A DNA stretch of 64,000 nt, from positions 2,560,001-2,624,000 of the forward strand of contig CAXXLX010000001.1 in assembly GCA_963665235.2 (NCBI GenBank), read 5' to 3'. Shown in pieces: positions 61,633 to 64,000 of this stretch. Each line of letters opens with the position of its first letter. Position 1 is the first letter of the stretch. The notes below the pieces were generated by a model, which saw only the letters and a list, made by a program, of their open reading frames with translations, was not told the origin of the DNA and did no database searches. The position numbers were made by a program, and so were the translations under genes. Source of the DNA: Candidatus Poribacteria bacterium. GTDB lineage: Bacteria; Poribacteria; WGA-4E; WGA-3G.

Positions 61633-62199
61633 CTATTGAACGCGTTTATAGATGTGCCCCAAAGACAGTTCGCAGCGAATTGAATCCACAGAAAGTACAT
61701 CCGCAAGTTCCGATAATTCGATCACTCTCCACTGCGTTCCTAAGCGAAAATGGCGTTCAACGTTTACCCTGTCTTGCGAAACAAGGATGTACTCTTGCAA
61801 GGACACAATCTGCTTATAGGATTCAAATTTTTCACCTCTGTCATACGCTGCTGTTGAGCGGAAAAGCACCTCTACAATAACAGTTGGATTGAGAAGCGTA
61901 TCAAACATATCATCTTCAAAACGGGGTTCATCACAGACCACAACAACATCCGGATAGAAGTAAGATGGTATTGGCCTCGCCTTCACGCGCATCTCGCTAG
62001 CGTAGACCTCACAATCCCGATTTACCAGTTGATTGTAAAAACCATTAAGTATATTTCCTGTGAGGAGGTTATGTGCGCGACTTGCCCCGGACATCGCGAA
62101 TATCTGTCCGCTGAGATATTCATTTTTGAAGGGTGCTTTGCGTTCCCAAGCAAGGTATTCCTCAGGTGTCAGTTGGGTTTGCACAGCAATGACAGTCAT
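61633..62199 (-). CDS. Uma2 family (PDDEXK-like) endonuclease
   Basis: TPEEYLAWE, AMSGASRAH, YPDVVVVC, VEVL..ST..YDRGEK. Confidence 0.9.
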   Translation of the reverse strand: MTVIAVQTQLTPEEYLAWERKAPFKNEYLSGQIFAMSGASRAHNLLTGNILNGFYNQLVNRDCEVYASEMRVKARPIPSYFYPDVVVVCDEPRFEDDMFDTLLNPTVIVEVLFRSTAAYDRGEKFESYKQIVSLQEYILVSQDRVNVERHFRLGTQWRVIELSELADVLSVDSIRCELSLGHIYKRVQ

Positions 62200-62218
62200 G
62201 ATTTCCTCCTTCAATTTC

Positions 62219-63622
62219 CTACACATTTCGTCGAGGCGGTGCATATCTCGGATGGAAAGAATCTTCACCATATTGCCCATCCGTAATCTTCGCCGCTTGG
62301 CCGCCCCCGGTAACGGAACATCGGGCACCGTCTAATTCTGGGAGAACGTATCGTTCGAACCATGCCCCCATCTGTCGTCGCATGTCAGATATTAGGGCGT
62401 TATGCGACTTGTCATCTATTAGATTTTTCCGCTCACGTGGGTCATTCACAAGATTATAGAGTTCGTGCGGTCCGTAAGGATAGCGGTGGACGTACTTCCA
62501 CTCCTGTGTCCGAATCATGCGTACCGGCCCGTATTCATCAAAGATAACGATTTCATCTTTGGCATCGTTTGTCTCCCCAGAAAGCGCGGGCACGAAACTT
62601 CTACCGGGTGACATGTCGTCATTCGGGTCGGGTAAACCGAGGTAATCGAGAAGTGTCGGCATAAAGTCGTATTGGCTCACCATCGCTTCGCTGACGCGTC
62701 CCGCCGGTATTCTGCCCGGATGACTTACAACAAACGGCACTTTAACAGAGTTCTCGTACATATTCAGCGGAAATGTACCGTTCCCTTTATGCCAAAAACC
62801 GTTATGTCCGCATGAATAGCCGTTGTCACTGCTGAACACAACCACCGTGTTTTCACGGATGCCCAATTGCGTAAGCCGTTCTAAAATTCGACCGACATTC
62901 AAATCAAGGGCAGTAATTGCTGCGAAATAACCTTTCAACGATTCGCGGTTTCCCATGTGTGCTGCCGCACCTTGGACCGCCCACGGATGCAACGCCTCTT
63001 GTGGACACGTCTTGAAGGGACAATCGTCGTAAGAGTCGACAATATCCTGCGGATGTCCTGTAAACGGCGTATGCGGTGCATTGTAGTTCACGCTCAAGTA
63101 AAACGGCCCTTCGCTATTTGCCGAGATAAAATCTAACGCGTCATCGGTGATTACGTCTGTCAGATAGCCGGGTTGCATTTCAACTTCGCCATCCCGAATC
63201 ATATTCGCATCGTTGTATTTGCTCCCCCCGGTCGGTAATGCGAACCAGTGGCTAAACCCGTGTTGCGGTGTTAGGCTATCCCCGAGGTGCCACTTTCCGC
63301 TCAATCCCACGGTGTAATCGTTCTCGGCGAGGACATCGGTATAGCAGGTGAGTCCATCGAGGTATTGAGAGGGGTCGGGGGGCATATTTCCATCCCGAAT
63401 CCAGTCGTGTACGCCGTGTGCTGAGGGAATACGGCCTGTCATAAGACTTGCGCGTGCTGGCGAGCAGACAGGACTTGTGCAGAAGAAATTGGGAAACCGT
63501 GTGCCTTCTGATGCCAATTGGTCGATATAGGGTGTCCGAACTTCATCGTTGCCGGCACAGCCTGCCGCCCACGGTCCCTGGTCATCTGTTAAAATAAAAA
63601 TCACATTCGGTCTGTTTTCCAT
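62219..63622 (-). CDS. Sulfatase
   Basis: PNVIFILTDDQ, CSPARASLMTG, GKWHLG, SDNG. Confidence 0.93.
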   Translation of the reverse strand: MENRPNVIFILTDDQGPWAAGCAGNDEVRTPYIDQLASEGTRFPNFFCTSPVCSPARASLMTGRIPSAHGVHDWIRDGNMPPDPSQYLDGLTCYTDVLAENDYTVGLSGKWHLGDSLTPQHGFSHWFALPTGGSKYNDANMIRDGEVEMQPGYLTDVITDDALDFISANSEGPFYLSVNYNAPHTPFTGHPQDIVDSYDDCPFKTCPQEALHPWAVQGAAAHMGNRESLKGYFAAITALDLNVGRILERLTQLGIRENTVVVFSSDNGYSCGHNGFWHKGNGTFPLNMYENSVKVPFVVSHPGRIPAGRVSEAMVSQYDFMPTLLDYLGLPDPNDDMSPGRSFVPALSGETNDAKDEIVIFDEYGPVRMIRTQEWKYVHRYPYGPHELYNLVNDPRERKNLIDDKSHNALISDMRRQMGAWFERYVLPELDGARCSVTGGGQAAKITDGQYGEDSFHPRYAPPRRNV

Positions 63623-63670
63623 ATTATATCCTCCGTTTTCATTGGTAAGATTGTTTTTCCTTAGAACGGT

Positions 63671-64000
63671 TCATTCACTTTGCAATTCTCCGAGGAGACG
63701 GACGATGTCGCGATAGCACTTGTCAAACGAATCTGCTTGACGTGCTTGTTCAAGGTCGAAGAGGGCAGTGAAAGCGGGCTGATCGTTCTTAGCACGATAT
63801 TTTTTGCCTTGCACCATCTGCTGACTCAACCACTCCTTTGCCCCACGGATTGCCTCCGGGTTATTCGGAGGTTGAATCTCGTTTTTTAACCCTCTTTGGC
63901 CACGGAGTGACTCGGCTGCTGCAAGAAACCATGCTTCGAACTCCTGCTTGGCAAGCACAACGGCAATCGGTAAATTGCCTTGGGCTTGTGTTGCCCTGCG
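63671..64000 (-). CDS. DUF4276-family protein (5' end outside window)
   Basis: EFEAWFLA, PEAIRGAKEWL, SFDK. Confidence 0.7.
   Translation of the reverse strand, partial: RRATQAQGNLPIAVVLAKQEFEAWFLAAAESLRGQRGLKNEIQPPNNPEAIRGAKEWLSQQMVQGKKYRAKNDQPAFTALFDLEQARQADSFDKCYRDIVRLLGELQSE

Overview
Bacterial chromosomal window with a gene repertoire typical of Candidatus Poribacteria or similar sponge symbionts (PhyH dioxygenase, sulfatase, WD40/TPR proteins, an ECF sigma-WD40 fusion, cohesin proteins with a NYPNPFNPETWIPYQL C-terminal domain). The taxon is an inference. Most genes are ordinary metabolic or transport genes (tgt, MacAB-like efflux, epimerases, kinases), and the intergenic DNA is dense in REP-like and MITE-like repeats. 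Main highlights: (1) a diversity-generating retroelement (DGR) at 31.6-33.9 kb with a clear adenine-specific TR/VR pair, avd and a post-VR hairpin but no reverse transcriptase; avd is truncated and apparently joined to a short RT C-terminal scar; its target is a cohesin-dockerin-FGE/CLec protein in a cohesin gene cluster, suggesting a modular surface display of diversified binders; (2) three ORF-less elements with IS200/IS605-type ends and strong internal promoters, two sequence types of which share a 5' kissing-loop fold despite unrelated sequence; (3) a second two-copy promoter-driven structured ncRNA candidate; (4) a candidate DUF3800-linked sRNA; (5) MITEs that interrupt genes, a decayed and partly inverted Type I R-M locus, a subtilase with a free-standing prodomain paralogue, and an archaeal-type pantoate kinase. 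All calls come from reading the sequence; no database searches were run.
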